A stretch of 64,000 nucleotides of DNA from contig JBMZXF010000004.1 of the NCBI GenBank assembly GCA_049627345.1, positions 17,957-81,956 of the forward strand, in the 5' to 3' direction. The stretch is from Poseidonia sp. (GTDB taxonomy: Archaea; Thermoplasmatota; Poseidoniia; Poseidoniales; Poseidoniaceae). Each line of letters begins with the position of its first letter. Positions within the stretch are counted from its first letter, which is position 1. This document shows, piece after piece, positions 29,022-39,051 of the stretch. The notes beneath the pieces are model-generated. The model was not told the origin of the DNA, made no database searches, and saw only the letters and a list, made by a program, of their open reading frames with translations. Made by a program: the position numbers and the translations under genes.

Positions 29022-30653
29022 ATGAAGTACGTCGTGGTCAGCGGGGGAGTCCTCTCAGGGCTCGGAAAAGGTGTCACCGCCAGCAGCATCGGCGTGTTGC
29101 TGAAAGCCGCGGGCCTGCGGGTCACCTCGATCAAGATTGACCCCTACCTCAACAGCGATGCAGGGACCATGTCACCGTTTGAACACGGCGAAGTCTTCGT
29201 GCTCGACGACGGTGGCGAAGTTGACCTTGACCTCGGCAACTACGAACGCTTCCTTGACATCAACCTGTCCAAGGACAACAACCTCACAACCGGGAAAATC
29301 TACGCCAAGGTCATCGAAGCCGAGCGCCGTGGAGACTACCTCGGCAAGACGGTACAGGTGATTCCCCACATCACCGACGCCGTGCAAGATTGGATCGAAG
29401 ACGTGGCGGCAAGGCCCGCCGATGGCAGCGGTGAAACCCCCGATGCCTGCATCATTGAACTCGGCGGTACCGTTGGCGACATTGAATCATCACCTTACGT
29501 CGAGGCCCTTCGCCAGTTTCAGTTCCGCGTGGGCCGTGAAAACGTCACGTTCGTCCACGTTTCCCTCGTTCCGGTCATGGGCCCCGTGGGCGAACAGAAG
29601 ACCAAACCAACCCAACACACAGTCAAGGAACTCCGCGGATTGGGCATCACCCCCGACATCTTGGTGTGCCGTTCCTCTGCGCCACTCAACGAGGAAACTC
29701 GGAACAAACTCGCAGCGTTCTGCCACGTCAAACCCGAGGCCGTCATGTCAACGCACGACGTCCCCAACATCTACCACGTTCCGCTGATGCTTCAGGAGCA
29801 GGGTCTGTGCGACATTCTCGGCGTGGACTGTTCGGCCACCGGCATGTTGGAGGAATGGAAGGCCATGGCCTACCACCTTGACACCTTGACCGAAGAGGTT
29901 CATATCGCCATGGTTGGGAAGTACACCGACCTCTCCGATGCCTACCTTTCCGTCATCAAAAGCCTTCAACACGCCGCCATGGCCGTGGACCGGAAACTTG
30001 TCATCGACTGGATTGAGGCCAGCCACCTTGAAGATGGCTGGGACGAAGACGAGCACACGGCGGCCTGGAAGGCGCTTCGTGATGCGGACGGCGTCTTGGT
30101 TCCCGGCGGGTTTGGCGACCGAGGCGTTGAGGGGAAGATCAAGGCCGCTCACTACGCACGAACCGAAGACGTCCCCTACCTTGGCATCTGTCTCGGCTTG
30201 CAAATCGCCACCATTGAATTCTGCCGAAACGTCCTCGGCATGAAGGGTGCAAACTCCACGGAGTTTGAGGACAACCCCGAACACGCTGCGGTTGTGTTCA
30301 TGCCTGAAATTTCCAAAACGCACCTCGGGGGTACCATGCGACTGGGCAGCCGTCCGACCCTTTGGCAGCATGATGGATCAACCATTCGAGCCCTGTACGG
30401 GCCGGGCGACGCAGTGGACGAGCGCCACAGACACCGCTACGAGGTCAACCCCGACCTCATCGAACGCATTGAAGAAGCGGGGTTGGTCTTTGTCGGCAAG
30501 GACGAGTCGGGCCAACGGTGTGAAATTTTCGAACTCAACGGCCATCCTTACTACGTTGGCGTGCAGTTTCACCCAGAATTCAAATCCCGCCCGGGCAAGC
30601 CCAGCCCGCCCTTCCTCGGTCTGCTCAAAGCAGCCTCCGGCCAACTTGACTAA
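29022..30653 (+). CDS. pyrG: CTP synthase
   Basis: [39 protein letters not shown] and QFHPE. Confidence 0.98.
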   Translation: MKYVVVSGGVLSGLGKGVTASSIGVLLKAAGLRVTSIKIDPYLNSDAGTMSPFEHGEVFVLDDGGEVDLDLGNYERFLDINLSKDNNLTTGKIYAKVIEAERRGDYLGKTVQVIPHITDAVQDWIEDVAARPADGSGETPDACIIELGGTVGDIESSPYVEALRQFQFRVGRENVTFVHVSLVPVMGPVGEQKTKPTQHTVKELRGLGITPDILVCRSSAPLNEETRNKLAAFCHVKPEAVMSTHDVPNIYHVPLMLQEQGLCDILGVDCSATGMLEEWKAMAYHLDTLTEEVHIAMVGKYTDLSDAYLSVIKSLQHAAMAVDRKLVIDWIEASHLEDGWDEDEHTAAWKALRDADGVLVPGGFGDRGVEGKIKAAHYARTEDVPYLGICLGLQIATIEFCRNVLGMKGANSTEFEDNPEHAAVVFMPEISKTHLGGTMRLGSRPTLWQHDGSTIRALYGPGDAVDERHRHRYEVNPDLIERIEEAGLVFVGKDESGQRCEIFELNGHPYYVGVQFHPEFKSRPGKPSPPFLGLLKAASGQLD

Positions 30654-31192
30654 TCCACCAGGGCGTGGCCAATGAGCAACAACGCCACGGCCAGAACAGA
30701 CATTGCTCGTTGCATGTGCAACAACCTCGAAGCTTTCCGTATTTGCTTAGGGGGTGTCCTCCACATCATGAGGGCACCACTGACCACCAACAACCAGAGG
30801 AACAACATGGCCAACCACAACGACCAGTGCCATTCGAGCACGTAGCCGTGAATCGTTCCGAGAACAACCGCCGCCAACCCGATCCAAACGTGGACCCGCA
30901 TGAAACGCCGGTTGAACACGCCGAGTTTCTTCTTGAACGGTCGGGCATCAACACCGAGGCGTTCCGGGCCGTTGGTTCGCAGCCACTTGAACAGGGGCTT
31001 CCAAACGACGATCAACAACGTACCGACCATCAGCCATTGGGCCACCTCACCCAAGCCCTCGGCGTCCAGTCCGAGCACTTGAGCCTCGTCGTCTTCGTCG
31101 TCCTCATCGTCGACGTCATCGTCAGCAGAGACCAACCTCATCGGCATCAGAACGAGTACCACGAGGAGAAGCAAGAGCCAACGGTTGTTCAC
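30650..31192 (-). CDS. Membrane protein, putative b-type heme-binding (ferric reductase TM-like)
   Basis: Signal peptide, acidic linker and TM helices with His pairs [15 protein letters not shown] and HMQ...LIGH. Confidence 0.55.
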   Translation of the reverse strand: MNNRWLLLLLVVLVLMPMRLVSADDDVDDEDDEDDEAQVLGLDAEGLGEVAQWLMVGTLLIVVWKPLFKWLRTNGPERLGVDARPFKKKLGVFNRRFMRVHVWIGLAAVVLGTIHGYVLEWHWSLWLAMLFLWLLVVSGALMMWRTPPKQIRKASRLLHMQRAMSVLAVALLLIGHALVD

Positions 31193-31274
31193 GTTGATCT
31201 GCGTCCCTGCTTCCTGCTTTATTCTGTCGGATTCACGGGTGAAGGTTCAAATGGAAACCGGAGGAACATGTCCC

Positions 31275-32000
31275 ATGTTGAGGCGAATCGGTGGCTTGAG
31301 CGGCCTGTTCGTTCTGCTCACGCTGGGTTGGTACCTGGTGTTCCCCTTCGTCACCGGTTGCGGTTCAAACACCACCGCCCCAGAGACGGAGGAGTGCGAG
31401 GAACTCATCACGCCTGTCATGTCATTTCTCTGTGCGCTTCCACCCCTCATGATCGCCGTCTTTGTGTTCATTATCACCCACGGACAGAAGCCCAAGACGA
31501 TGCTCCAGCTTCCCACCGTGGACAGCGATGGAACGATGCACTTGCCCGCAGGCGTTCAACAGGTTGAGGAAACCATCAAGCAGACGCAACTTGCTCAGTC
31601 ATGCCTGGGCATTGGTGGTGTCATGATGGCCGTCTCATCCGTCCTCATCGTGCTGGCAGCGTTGCTGATGGTCCTCCTGGGCAGCTTCTGCGCCATGGGT
31701 GGAGCGAGCACCTGCAGCGACGATGAGTTTGACTGGTTGATTTCATGGATGAAGTTTGGAAACCTCGGCATCAAACTCGGCCTGGTCGTGTTTTTCATCT
31801 CGGCCGTCGCAAAATTGGTGATGGAGTATCAACTGGAAGCACAAGGCCTCGTTGCCGAGACAACACCAACGGCACCCGCCAATCCAATGGTGAGGTCACC
31901 CTGCCCGGCCTGTGGAGCCAAATTGCGTTTCCCACCCGAGCATCAAGGCGAAGTACAGTGCCCCAAGTGCCAGCATGTGTTCGTGGTCGGCATGGATTGA
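31275..32000 (+). CDS. Membrane protein with C-terminal zinc ribbon
   Basis: About 4 TM helices and a C-terminal CPACG-x13-CPKC; start uncertain (ORF open from 31185). Confidence 0.65.
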   Translation: MLRRIGGLSGLFVLLTLGWYLVFPFVTGCGSNTTAPETEECEELITPVMSFLCALPPLMIAVFVFIITHGQKPKTMLQLPTVDSDGTMHLPAGVQQVEETIKQTQLAQSCLGIGGVMMAVSSVLIVLAALLMVLLGSFCAMGGASTCSDDEFDWLISWMKFGNLGIKLGLVVFFISAVAKLVMEYQLEAQGLVAETTPTAPANPMVRSPCPACGAKLRFPPEHQGEVQCPKCQHVFVVGMD

Positions 32001-32007
32001 CGGGCGG

Positions 32008-32721
32008 TCATTCGTCATCGGACAGCCATGTTTCGACGATGGCAGGGAGCAACTCGCCAGCCTTCCCCAAATGAACCTCATCAAACGCTTCGACGTTGAG
32101 CGGCGCCTCGGCGTTGACCAGAACGGTTTGCGCCCCGTTGGCTTTGGCGATGTGAACAAGGTCGGCGGCCGGGTAAACATGGCCCGAACTCCCCACCACC
32201 ACGAACACCTCGCATGCATCCACGGCCGTGTAAATGGCCTCCATGTGCATCGGCATTTCACCGAACCACACAATGTCTGGACGAAGACGGGCGGGCTCAA
32301 CGCAACACGAGCAGCGCAGGAAATCATCCCCGAGGTCACTGTCGTCCATTCGGACCTCGCTTCGTCCGCTCGCTTCGCAGCGCAACGTCACAAGTTGTCC
32401 GTGCATGTGGACGACGTCGTCACTTCCGCCTCGCTCGTGGAGGTCGTCGACGTTCTGTGTGATGAGGGTGAAGTCATCCAAACCGTTCGCCAGTTGTGCC
32501 AGAGCCTCGTGAGCGGGGTTTGGTTTCACCTCGTTGAGTTGGCGTCGGCGCGCTTGGTAAAACCGCCACACCAAGCCGGGGTCGGCTCGCCAGGCTTCCG
32601 GCGTGGCCACGTCTTCCAAGCGATGATTCTCCCAGAGTCCACCGTCATCTCGGAAGGTTCGAATGCCTGATTCTGCCGATATTCCTGCTCCTGTCAACAC
32701 CACAACACGTTTTCCTTGCAT
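32008..32721 (-). CDS. cobB: NAD-dependent protein deacylase (sirtuin, class III CobB)
   Basis: GAGISAESGIRTFR, FYQARR (Y-x-x-R), TQNVDDLHE, HMHG, RPDIVWFGE and GSSGHVYPAA. Confidence 0.93.
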   Translation of the reverse strand: MQGKRVVVLTGAGISAESGIRTFRDDGGLWENHRLEDVATPEAWRADPGLVWRFYQARRRQLNEVKPNPAHEALAQLANGLDDFTLITQNVDDLHERGGSDDVVHMHGQLVTLRCEASGRSEVRMDDSDLGDDFLRCSCCVEPARLRPDIVWFGEMPMHMEAIYTAVDACEVFVVVGSSGHVYPAADLVHIAKANGAQTVLVNAEAPLNVEAFDEVHLGKAGELLPAIVETWLSDDE

Positions 32722-32807
32722 AACGGTGTGACCTCCTCGACGCTATTTGAAATTCACAAGAACGATTCATGTCAGTTCTTTTTCACAAAATCGGACGAAG
32801 TTCTGCC

Positions 32808-33992
32808 TCAAAGTTCTGCCACACGAATCAGTCGTGTGGTCCGGAAGCCCTGGAGGATTTTGATGAACCGCTTGGCTTGGAACTCGGCATCGAGGTCGTC
32901 GTCGCCCGTATCGATTCGAACCGCTTCCAAACCGATGAGTTTCGAAGGGGTGGCTACGCCCAAGATGTTGCCGTGACCGATGGCACGGAGGACATCGGGC
33001 GAGAGTTGCAGGTTGCCCCGTCCGATGAGAAAACCTTGACCGCCCATGGGCGAGAGCAGCAGCAGAAGCGGGCGCTGCCCGTCGGCGTTGGTGTGAGCGC
33101 TGATCACCTCCAACAAACCCTGCTCGTTCAAGTCAGCGTGCACCGTATCGCCGTGCTGCACATCGATGCCCAGCAGGGTCAATTCAAGGTCGAGGTGTTC
33201 GCCCATGCGACGCAGGGTCCCCCCGCTCCCCCAAACGACCATCAGGTCGGGCTCGTCCTCAAGCAAGGTGCTGACATGGTGAGCCAACCCCTCAATGGTG
33301 TCTTCTTCGCTCACGCGTTCCACCTGCTCCTTGGCGCCCTGCATAAAGCGAGGTGAGGAAGGCGTCCACGCCTCGCCGTACATGCGCACCTTCCACTCGC
33401 CCTTGGCGTAGACCGTTTCGTCAAGGTCCATGACCTCGGTGATGGCCGTGCGAAGGTCGCCGAGCGCGAACGCCAACGCCACTTCGGCAGCGGCTTTTGG
33501 CGTGGTGGCGAAGCAGCCAGAGTGCATTTTGACGCCGCCCGGAACACCGATGAGTGCGATGGTTTGCGCTTCCGAGCCTGCGGCTTCCAAGGCGTTGACA
33601 ATGTCGCGGGTCGTTCCGTCACCACCTGCATAGAGGATGGCTTCAACACCGGCTTCGACGAGTTCGCTCACCAACCTCGCCGTGTCCTCCGGCGCCGTGC
33701 TGCCAGGGGTCGATCCAATGGTGGTCAATGCAACGTGGCGCTCGTCCCCAAGGTTCGGCACCCAGGTGTCACCCATGCGACCCTCCCACGCCACGAGGGT
33801 CAACTGAACGCCGGTTCGATTGAGCGACGACGAAGCGAGGTCGGCGAGATGGGCGAGGGACTGGTTCATGCGGGGGCCGGCACGGTCTTCAGCGCCGGCC
33901 GCCCGAGCTTCGGCTGCACGACCATCGCTGCCCTTGAACCCCAATTTTCCACCGAGCCCGGCGTCGGGATTGACCACCAGGCCGATGCGCAT
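32808..33992 (-). CDS. ATP-NAD kinase family protein (AcoX-like / polyphosphate-NAD kinase related)
   Basis: VVNPDAGLGG..G.KGSDG, AGGDGTTRD, GVPGGVKMHSG and GGQGFLIGRGNLQ. Confidence 0.8.
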   Translation of the reverse strand: MRIGLVVNPDAGLGGKLGFKGSDGRAAEARAAGAEDRAGPRMNQSLAHLADLASSSLNRTGVQLTLVAWEGRMGDTWVPNLGDERHVALTTIGSTPGSTAPEDTARLVSELVEAGVEAILYAGGDGTTRDIVNALEAAGSEAQTIALIGVPGGVKMHSGCFATTPKAAAEVALAFALGDLRTAITEVMDLDETVYAKGEWKVRMYGEAWTPSSPRFMQGAKEQVERVSEEDTIEGLAHHVSTLLEDEPDLMVVWGSGGTLRRMGEHLDLELTLLGIDVQHGDTVHADLNEQGLLEVISAHTNADGQRPLLLLLSPMGGQGFLIGRGNLQLSPDVLRAIGHGNILGVATPSKLIGLEAVRIDTGDDDLDAEFQAKRFIKILQGFRTTRLIRVAEL

Positions 33993-34090
33993 GCCGAGGC
34001 GTGGCGACACTCCCTCAAATAGCCCTGCTTTGACCATCCTTGGGTCCAATTCACCCGAGCCTTCATGAGGAGGATGGAGGATGGTCCATC

Positions 34091-34414
34091 ATGAAACGGG
34101 CGCCGTCCGACGAACCGAACCTTGACGACATTTTGGCCCGGGATTTTGCCGAGTTGAAGGTCGGAGAGGCCAATCTCACGCCAACTGAACCGATAAAAGA
34201 GGGGAAGGCCGAGGAAGCAAAGCCGGTTCAATCAACGGTGCCGACCGCGTACAATCAACGCATTGACGCCGTGGAAGACCGAGCTTCCTTTGCGGTCAAA
34301 CCGCCCACCAAAGCCTCGCCTGATGTTGCCCCAAAACCCACGGCTCCTGCGCCACCGGAGGTGCTCAAATCACCCCGTGCTCAACCCGGCGACGACTTCG
34401 ACGTGGACTGGTAG
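34091..34414 (+). CDS. Hypothetical low-complexity (Pro/Ala/Glu) protein
   Basis: Fills the gap before thrS and ends in DDFDVDW; start uncertain. Confidence 0.55.
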   Translation: MKRAPSDEPNLDDILARDFAELKVGEANLTPTEPIKEGKAEEAKPVQSTVPTAYNQRIDAVEDRASFAVKPPTKASPDVAPKPTAPAPPEVLKSPRAQPGDDFDVDW

Positions 34415-34491
34415 AACGCGCATCAACGACACGCCTCAAAGCGCGGGATTCATAGCGAGGGGGCAACCCCGTAGGGGTTGGGGAGACCAGC

Positions 34492-36516
34492 ATGACGATG
34501 ATTCACATCACGCTGCCCGACGGTACGGTGAACGAATACGCCGCTGGAATCACCTGCGGCGAGGTCATCACCGATGCATTGGGGAAAAAACACGGCTGCC
34601 TCGCCGCCAAAGTGGACGGTCAAGAATGCGATCTGTCCACGATGTTGAACGACAACTGCTCCGTCGAAGGCATCCTCTCCGAGTCGGATGAAGGCATGCA
34701 CATCCTGCGCCATTCGGCTGCCCACTTGCTCGCTCAAGCGGTGATGGCGCTCTACCCGGGTGCCCTACCAACGATTGGCCCGGCCATTGACCGCGGTTTC
34801 TACTACGACTTCGCGATGGAACCCATCACCCAAGGCGATTTGAAAGCCATCGAGAAGAAAATGCACGAAATCGCTCGACGGAACCTGACGGTTGAGCGTG
34901 TCGAACTCGACCAAACAACGCTTCGTGAACACTTTGAATCAAATCCATACAAACTCGAGATCATTGACGACAAACTGGAAGCCGGTGATGGTTCAACCAT
35001 CTACAAGCAAGGCGAATGGTACGACCTGTGCCTTGGTCCCCACGTGCCGAGCACGGCCAAACTGATGTTTGTCCGCTTGACCTCCGTGTCCACGGCGTAC
35101 TGGCGAGGCGACCAGGACCGTGAGCAGTTGGTCCGCATCTACGGCATGGTTGAGCCGACCAAGGAGGCCCTCAAGGCAACGATGACGCGACTTGAGGAAG
35201 CCAAAAAGCGAGACCACCGAAAGTTGGGCAAGGACCTTCAACTCTTCCACATCGACGAAGAGGTCGGCCAAGGCCTCATCCTTTGGACGCCTCGTGGCGC
35301 CATCGTTCGGCAAGAACTGCAGGATTTCATCTCCCATCATCTCCGAAGACAGGGCTATTCGCAGGTGTTCACGCCTCACATCGGCAAGCTGGACCTCTAC
35401 CGAACCTCAGGCCATTTCCCGTACTACCAGGATTCGCAGTACCCGCCGCTTGTGGAGCGCGACCTCATGAAAAAACTCGCCGATGAAGGCTGCACGTGCG
35501 GCGAATTGTCCAACATGATGAAGGCCGGTGACATCGATGGCTACATGCTCAAGCCGATGAACTGCCCTCATCACGTGAAGATTTACGCCAGCCAAGCACG
35601 CTCGTACCGCAACCTCCCGTTGCGCTTGGCTGAATTTGGCACCGTCTACCGATGGGAACAATCCGGGGAGATTTCCGGAATGACCCGAGTTCGTGGATTC
35701 ACGCAAGACGACGCCCACCTGTTCGTCACCGAAGACCAACTGGCTGAGGAAGTGCTGGGTTGCATCGAGCTCGTGCAAATCATCTTTGACAAACTCGGCA
35801 TGGAAGACTACCGTGTTCGGGTGGGCCTGCGGGACCCGGACTCCTCCAAGTACGTCGGCGACCCCAAGCGCTGGGACAAAGCCGAAGAAGCCTGCAGGGC
35901 GGCTGCACAGTCGCTCGGTGTGGCATGGTCGGAAGAAGAAGGCGAAGCAGCCTTTTACGGTCCAAAAATCGACTTTGTGGTCAAAGACGTGATCGGCAGA
36001 GAATGGCAGCTGGGCACCGTTCAGGTGGATTACAACCTTCCCGAGCGGTTTGACCTGACCTACAAAGGCCGAGACGGTGAGCTCCACCGGCCGGTGATGA
36101 TTCACCGCGCCCCGTTCGGCTCCATGGAGCGGTTCTGCGGCGTGCTCATCGAACACTTTGCCGGACGTTTCCCAACCTGGCTTACGCCAACACAATGCCA
36201 TGTCATCACCATCCGTGAAGAGCACGCCGACTACGCCGGGCGGGTTGCTGAAGCCTTGCGTGAGGTGGGCGTTCGCGTTGAACTCGATGACTCCGACAAC
36301 AACATCATGAAGAAAATCAGGAACCACCGAAAGCTCCAGCCCGCCTACCTCATCATTCTCGGCGACGAGGAGGTGCAGAACGAAACGGTCAGCCTCCGAG
36401 CCCGAAACGGCGACCAGGTCGCCGGCATTCCCTTGGCAACGTTCATTGACGACGTCGCTCGCGAAATCAGCGAGAAAACACCGCAACCCTCCCTTGTTCC
36501 CCCGTCATCCGAGTGA
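34492..36516 (+). CDS. thrS: Threonyl-tRNA synthetase (bacterial type: TGS + editing + catalytic + anticodon domains)
   Basis: HSAAH, DLCLGPH, RDHRKLG, KPMNCPHH, RVRGFTQDDAH, AFYGPKID and HRAPFGSMERF. Confidence 0.97.
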   Translation: MTMIHITLPDGTVNEYAAGITCGEVITDALGKKHGCLAAKVDGQECDLSTMLNDNCSVEGILSESDEGMHILRHSAAHLLAQAVMALYPGALPTIGPAIDRGFYYDFAMEPITQGDLKAIEKKMHEIARRNLTVERVELDQTTLREHFESNPYKLEIIDDKLEAGDGSTIYKQGEWYDLCLGPHVPSTAKLMFVRLTSVSTAYWRGDQDREQLVRIYGMVEPTKEALKATMTRLEEAKKRDHRKLGKDLQLFHIDEEVGQGLILWTPRGAIVRQELQDFISHHLRRQGYSQVFTPHIGKLDLYRTSGHFPYYQDSQYPPLVERDLMKKLADEGCTCGELSNMMKAGDIDGYMLKPMNCPHHVKIYASQARSYRNLPLRLAEFGTVYRWEQSGEISGMTRVRGFTQDDAHLFVTEDQLAEEVLGCIELVQIIFDKLGMEDYRVRVGLRDPDSSKYVGDPKRWDKAEEACRAAAQSLGVAWSEEEGEAAFYGPKIDFVVKDVIGREWQLGTVQVDYNLPERFDLTYKGRDGELHRPVMIHRAPFGSMERFCGVLIEHFAGRFPTWLTPTQCHVITIREEHADYAGRVAEALREVGVRVELDDSDNNIMKKIRNHRKLQPAYLIILGDEEVQNETVSLRARNGDQVAGIPLATFIDDVAREISEKTPQPSLVPPSSE

Positions 36517-36522
36517 GGCAGC

Positions 36523-39051
36523 ATGACATCCCCTTCCATCGTTCACGCCTACGAGGGTGCCATGATTGCGCCCCTGTTCTTGGCGATCCTGACGGCAGCG
36601 TTCTTTTGGCGCAACGTGGTTCCGCGCCAACTGAAAGGACTGCAGGTCGCGTTTCCCACCGGGCCTCGCACCTACGAAGTCCATCAGGTGACCTCCACGG
36701 TGGAGGACGTGCGCAAGTTGCTGTCACGACGAGGCACACGACTCGGTGTGGCCTCCTACCTGATGGCCTTGACCGGCTCGCTCGTGTTGTTGTTCGAGTT
36801 CCTCAATTACCGGGCCGGGAATTCGGCGGGCTACCACGCACCTTCCGTGACCTTTGCATTGGTGCTCATCGTCATCCCCGCTGTTGTTTCAAGCGGAACG
36901 TCCCTGGGCGCTCAAATCATCAAACCCCACGGTGTGAGCAGGGCCTCGCTTCAAAGCAATTCCACCCTGCGAAACGCCTCGTATTTCGCGCTCACCGTGG
37001 CGTGGTTGCTGCTCGCCATGGGGATTGGAGCGGTGCTGATGACACGCGATGTCTCGACCACGACCCTCTACAGCACCGTGGCGCTCGTAGCGTTCAGCCC
37101 TGCCATCCTCGCCTACGGCCGGGTGCTCGGTTCGTCGTGGCACGCTTTGAAACAGTCGTCCGAACAGATTGCCAAGGGACGAGCATCGCCGTTCCACAAC
37201 CACCTGCCGAACGCACGGCAGCAATTTGTGGCTCAGGTGGTGCATCTCAACTTGGTGGTGATGCCGTTTGTCGCCGCCAACACCATGCTCTCGCTCATCC
37301 TTTTGGCCTACAACCCGGACATGTTTGTGCATTCGGACCGCGTGCTCAACCTTCCGGAATACCGCCTTCAATCAACCTACATGGAGGAAGGAGGACTGCT
37401 TGGGTTCGGTCTCATCGAGTTGTTCTCCCACATCCCGCAAGCGGGAATTCGCGTGCCCATCGTCACCACCCTGCTGTTGTTCCTTTTGCTCAACGTTGCC
37501 GCCATCGGCTTCCTCTTCGTGTACGAAGTGGCACGCATCCTGTTCCTTGACATTCAGGATGTTTCGGGACGAGGCGGTATCCGACTGGCCGACAGTCGTT
37601 TGCTCCGTGCCGAACCGATTCAGCAAGCCAACGTGCTGAACTTCTGTTTCACCGGCTTTGCGGGCCAGTCCATGCTGCTGCTGGCGTTGGCGATGATCAC
37701 CTTCTGGGACTCCAGTTTCCTTCCTCAGGGCGCACAGTGCGGTGAATGGGAGGCCGATGTCTGTGCGGTCTTGGAAAAAGACATGCTCGAGCAGTTGACC
37801 TGGATGCTGGCAAGCGCCGGTCAAGTCGCGTTCTTGGTGGTGTGGGGTCTGTCCCGCAGCCGGTCCACCCAACTCGACGAAATCACCTTTGACGCTTCAA
37901 TGGATGAAGACCGGACCCGCCTGCGAGGCATGAGCGACATGATTTACCTCAAACAACGTCCAACGGCAGAGCTGCTCGGCAACGACGACTGGAACACGGC
38001 GATTGAACGGTTTGAGGCTTCGACGCAGGGCCAAGAAGCCATGCTCGTTGGCTTGGACATGATTCGGTCTACCCAAGCCAAGATGTTGCTCTACGTTGGG
38101 TTGGGCCGATGGGACGAGGCCGAAGAGATGGCGGTGGACCTGCTCGCTCTCCAAGGTGGACGGGACGCACAGACCGCCCGCCTCGTGCTCTGCGCTGCCA
38201 GTTTGGCTCAACGTGACTACCAAGAGGCCGTTCCTCGTTTGGCGCTCCTCAACAACGATGACGTGGAGGCGGTCCGATTGCGCTGGGTGGCCAGTCTTCT
38301 CACAGGCAAGCAACACCTTGACCGAGACGGTCAATCCATGCTGAGCGTCGATCCGCTCCGCAAAGACAACATTCGCATGCTCAAGGAATTTGAGGCAGGC
38401 GATGTCAAGCTGCGAACCGGTCATGTTCGCCAACCCGCCCAACGCGCCATGTACCTGGCGGAGATTGCCCGGTTGCGCATGGTGGGTCGAAGCGAAGAAG
38501 CGCTCAACCACCTTGAGCGAACGATGACCATGATGGATGATGCCCCATGGGTTCAGGGAAGGCTGGTTCAAGCCTTGCTGAATTTTGACGACGGGCGTTC
38601 CTTAACGGCCATCAACACCGTGAAAGAACTCGCCAAGGACCACCCCCGCCACCCGCACGTCAGGGCCGTGCTTCATCAACTGGCCCTGCTCGGAAAGGCC
38701 ACGCGTCCGCCCTCCGAGCCCACCAACATCCACTGGATCATTGAGCGTGAGACCGATTGGAAACACGCATGGCCTCAGCACAACGTGACCGTCGCACCCG
38801 TTCTCGACACGCAGGAACTCAAGCAACACGCCCTCAAAGCGAACGCATGGTCACTCTTGCTGGGTGAACAGGGTGTGAGCAAGCCTGCTGGAAAGGGGGC
38901 CTACAAGCAACTCCCCGACGAGGTGCCGCTTGGTTTGTACACCCACCTCGGTGGCCTCACCATCACCATTTCCGGTATGCCGGTCGACCTTGGCCTTCCC
39001 TCCAACATTGACATCGGTGCAGCGAGGAAACTCGGGCTGCTCAATCCCTGA
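36523..39051 (+). CDS. Polytopic membrane protein with cytoplasmic TPR-like helical C-terminus
   Basis: About 9 TM segments in the first 445 aa, then helical repeats (YVGLGRWDEAEE, LAQRDYQEA, MVGRSEEAL); starts 7 bp after thrS. Confidence 0.7.
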   Translation: MTSPSIVHAYEGAMIAPLFLAILTAAFFWRNVVPRQLKGLQVAFPTGPRTYEVHQVTSTVEDVRKLLSRRGTRLGVASYLMALTGSLVLLFEFLNYRAGNSAGYHAPSVTFALVLIVIPAVVSSGTSLGAQIIKPHGVSRASLQSNSTLRNASYFALTVAWLLLAMGIGAVLMTRDVSTTTLYSTVALVAFSPAILAYGRVLGSSWHALKQSSEQIAKGRASPFHNHLPNARQQFVAQVVHLNLVVMPFVAANTMLSLILLAYNPDMFVHSDRVLNLPEYRLQSTYMEEGGLLGFGLIELFSHIPQAGIRVPIVTTLLLFLLLNVAAIGFLFVYEVARILFLDIQDVSGRGGIRLADSRLLRAEPIQQANVLNFCFTGFAGQSMLLLALAMITFWDSSFLPQGAQCGEWEADVCAVLEKDMLEQLTWMLASAGQVAFLVVWGLSRSRSTQLDEITFDASMDEDRTRLRGMSDMIYLKQRPTAELLGNDDWNTAIERFEASTQGQEAMLVGLDMIRSTQAKMLLYVGLGRWDEAEEMAVDLLALQGGRDAQTARLVLCAASLAQRDYQEAVPRLALLNNDDVEAVRLRWVASLLTGKQHLDRDGQSMLSVDPLRKDNIRMLKEFEAGDVKLRTGHVRQPAQRAMYLAEIARLRMVGRSEEALNHLERTMTMMDDAPWVQGRLVQALLNFDDGRSLTAINTVKELAKDHPRHPHVRAVLHQLALLGKATRPPSEPTNIHWIIERETDWKHAWPQHNVTVAPVLDTQELKQHALKANAWSLLLGEQGVSKPAGKGAYKQLPDEVPLGLYTHLGGLTITISGMPVDLGLPSNIDIGAARKLGLLNP

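Noticed and set aside
32008..32721. Sirtuin as an anti-phage (Thoeris/DSR-type) SIR2 effector
   Set aside because: It is a canonical stand-alone class III CobB with a Zn domain and has no defence partner genes nearby.
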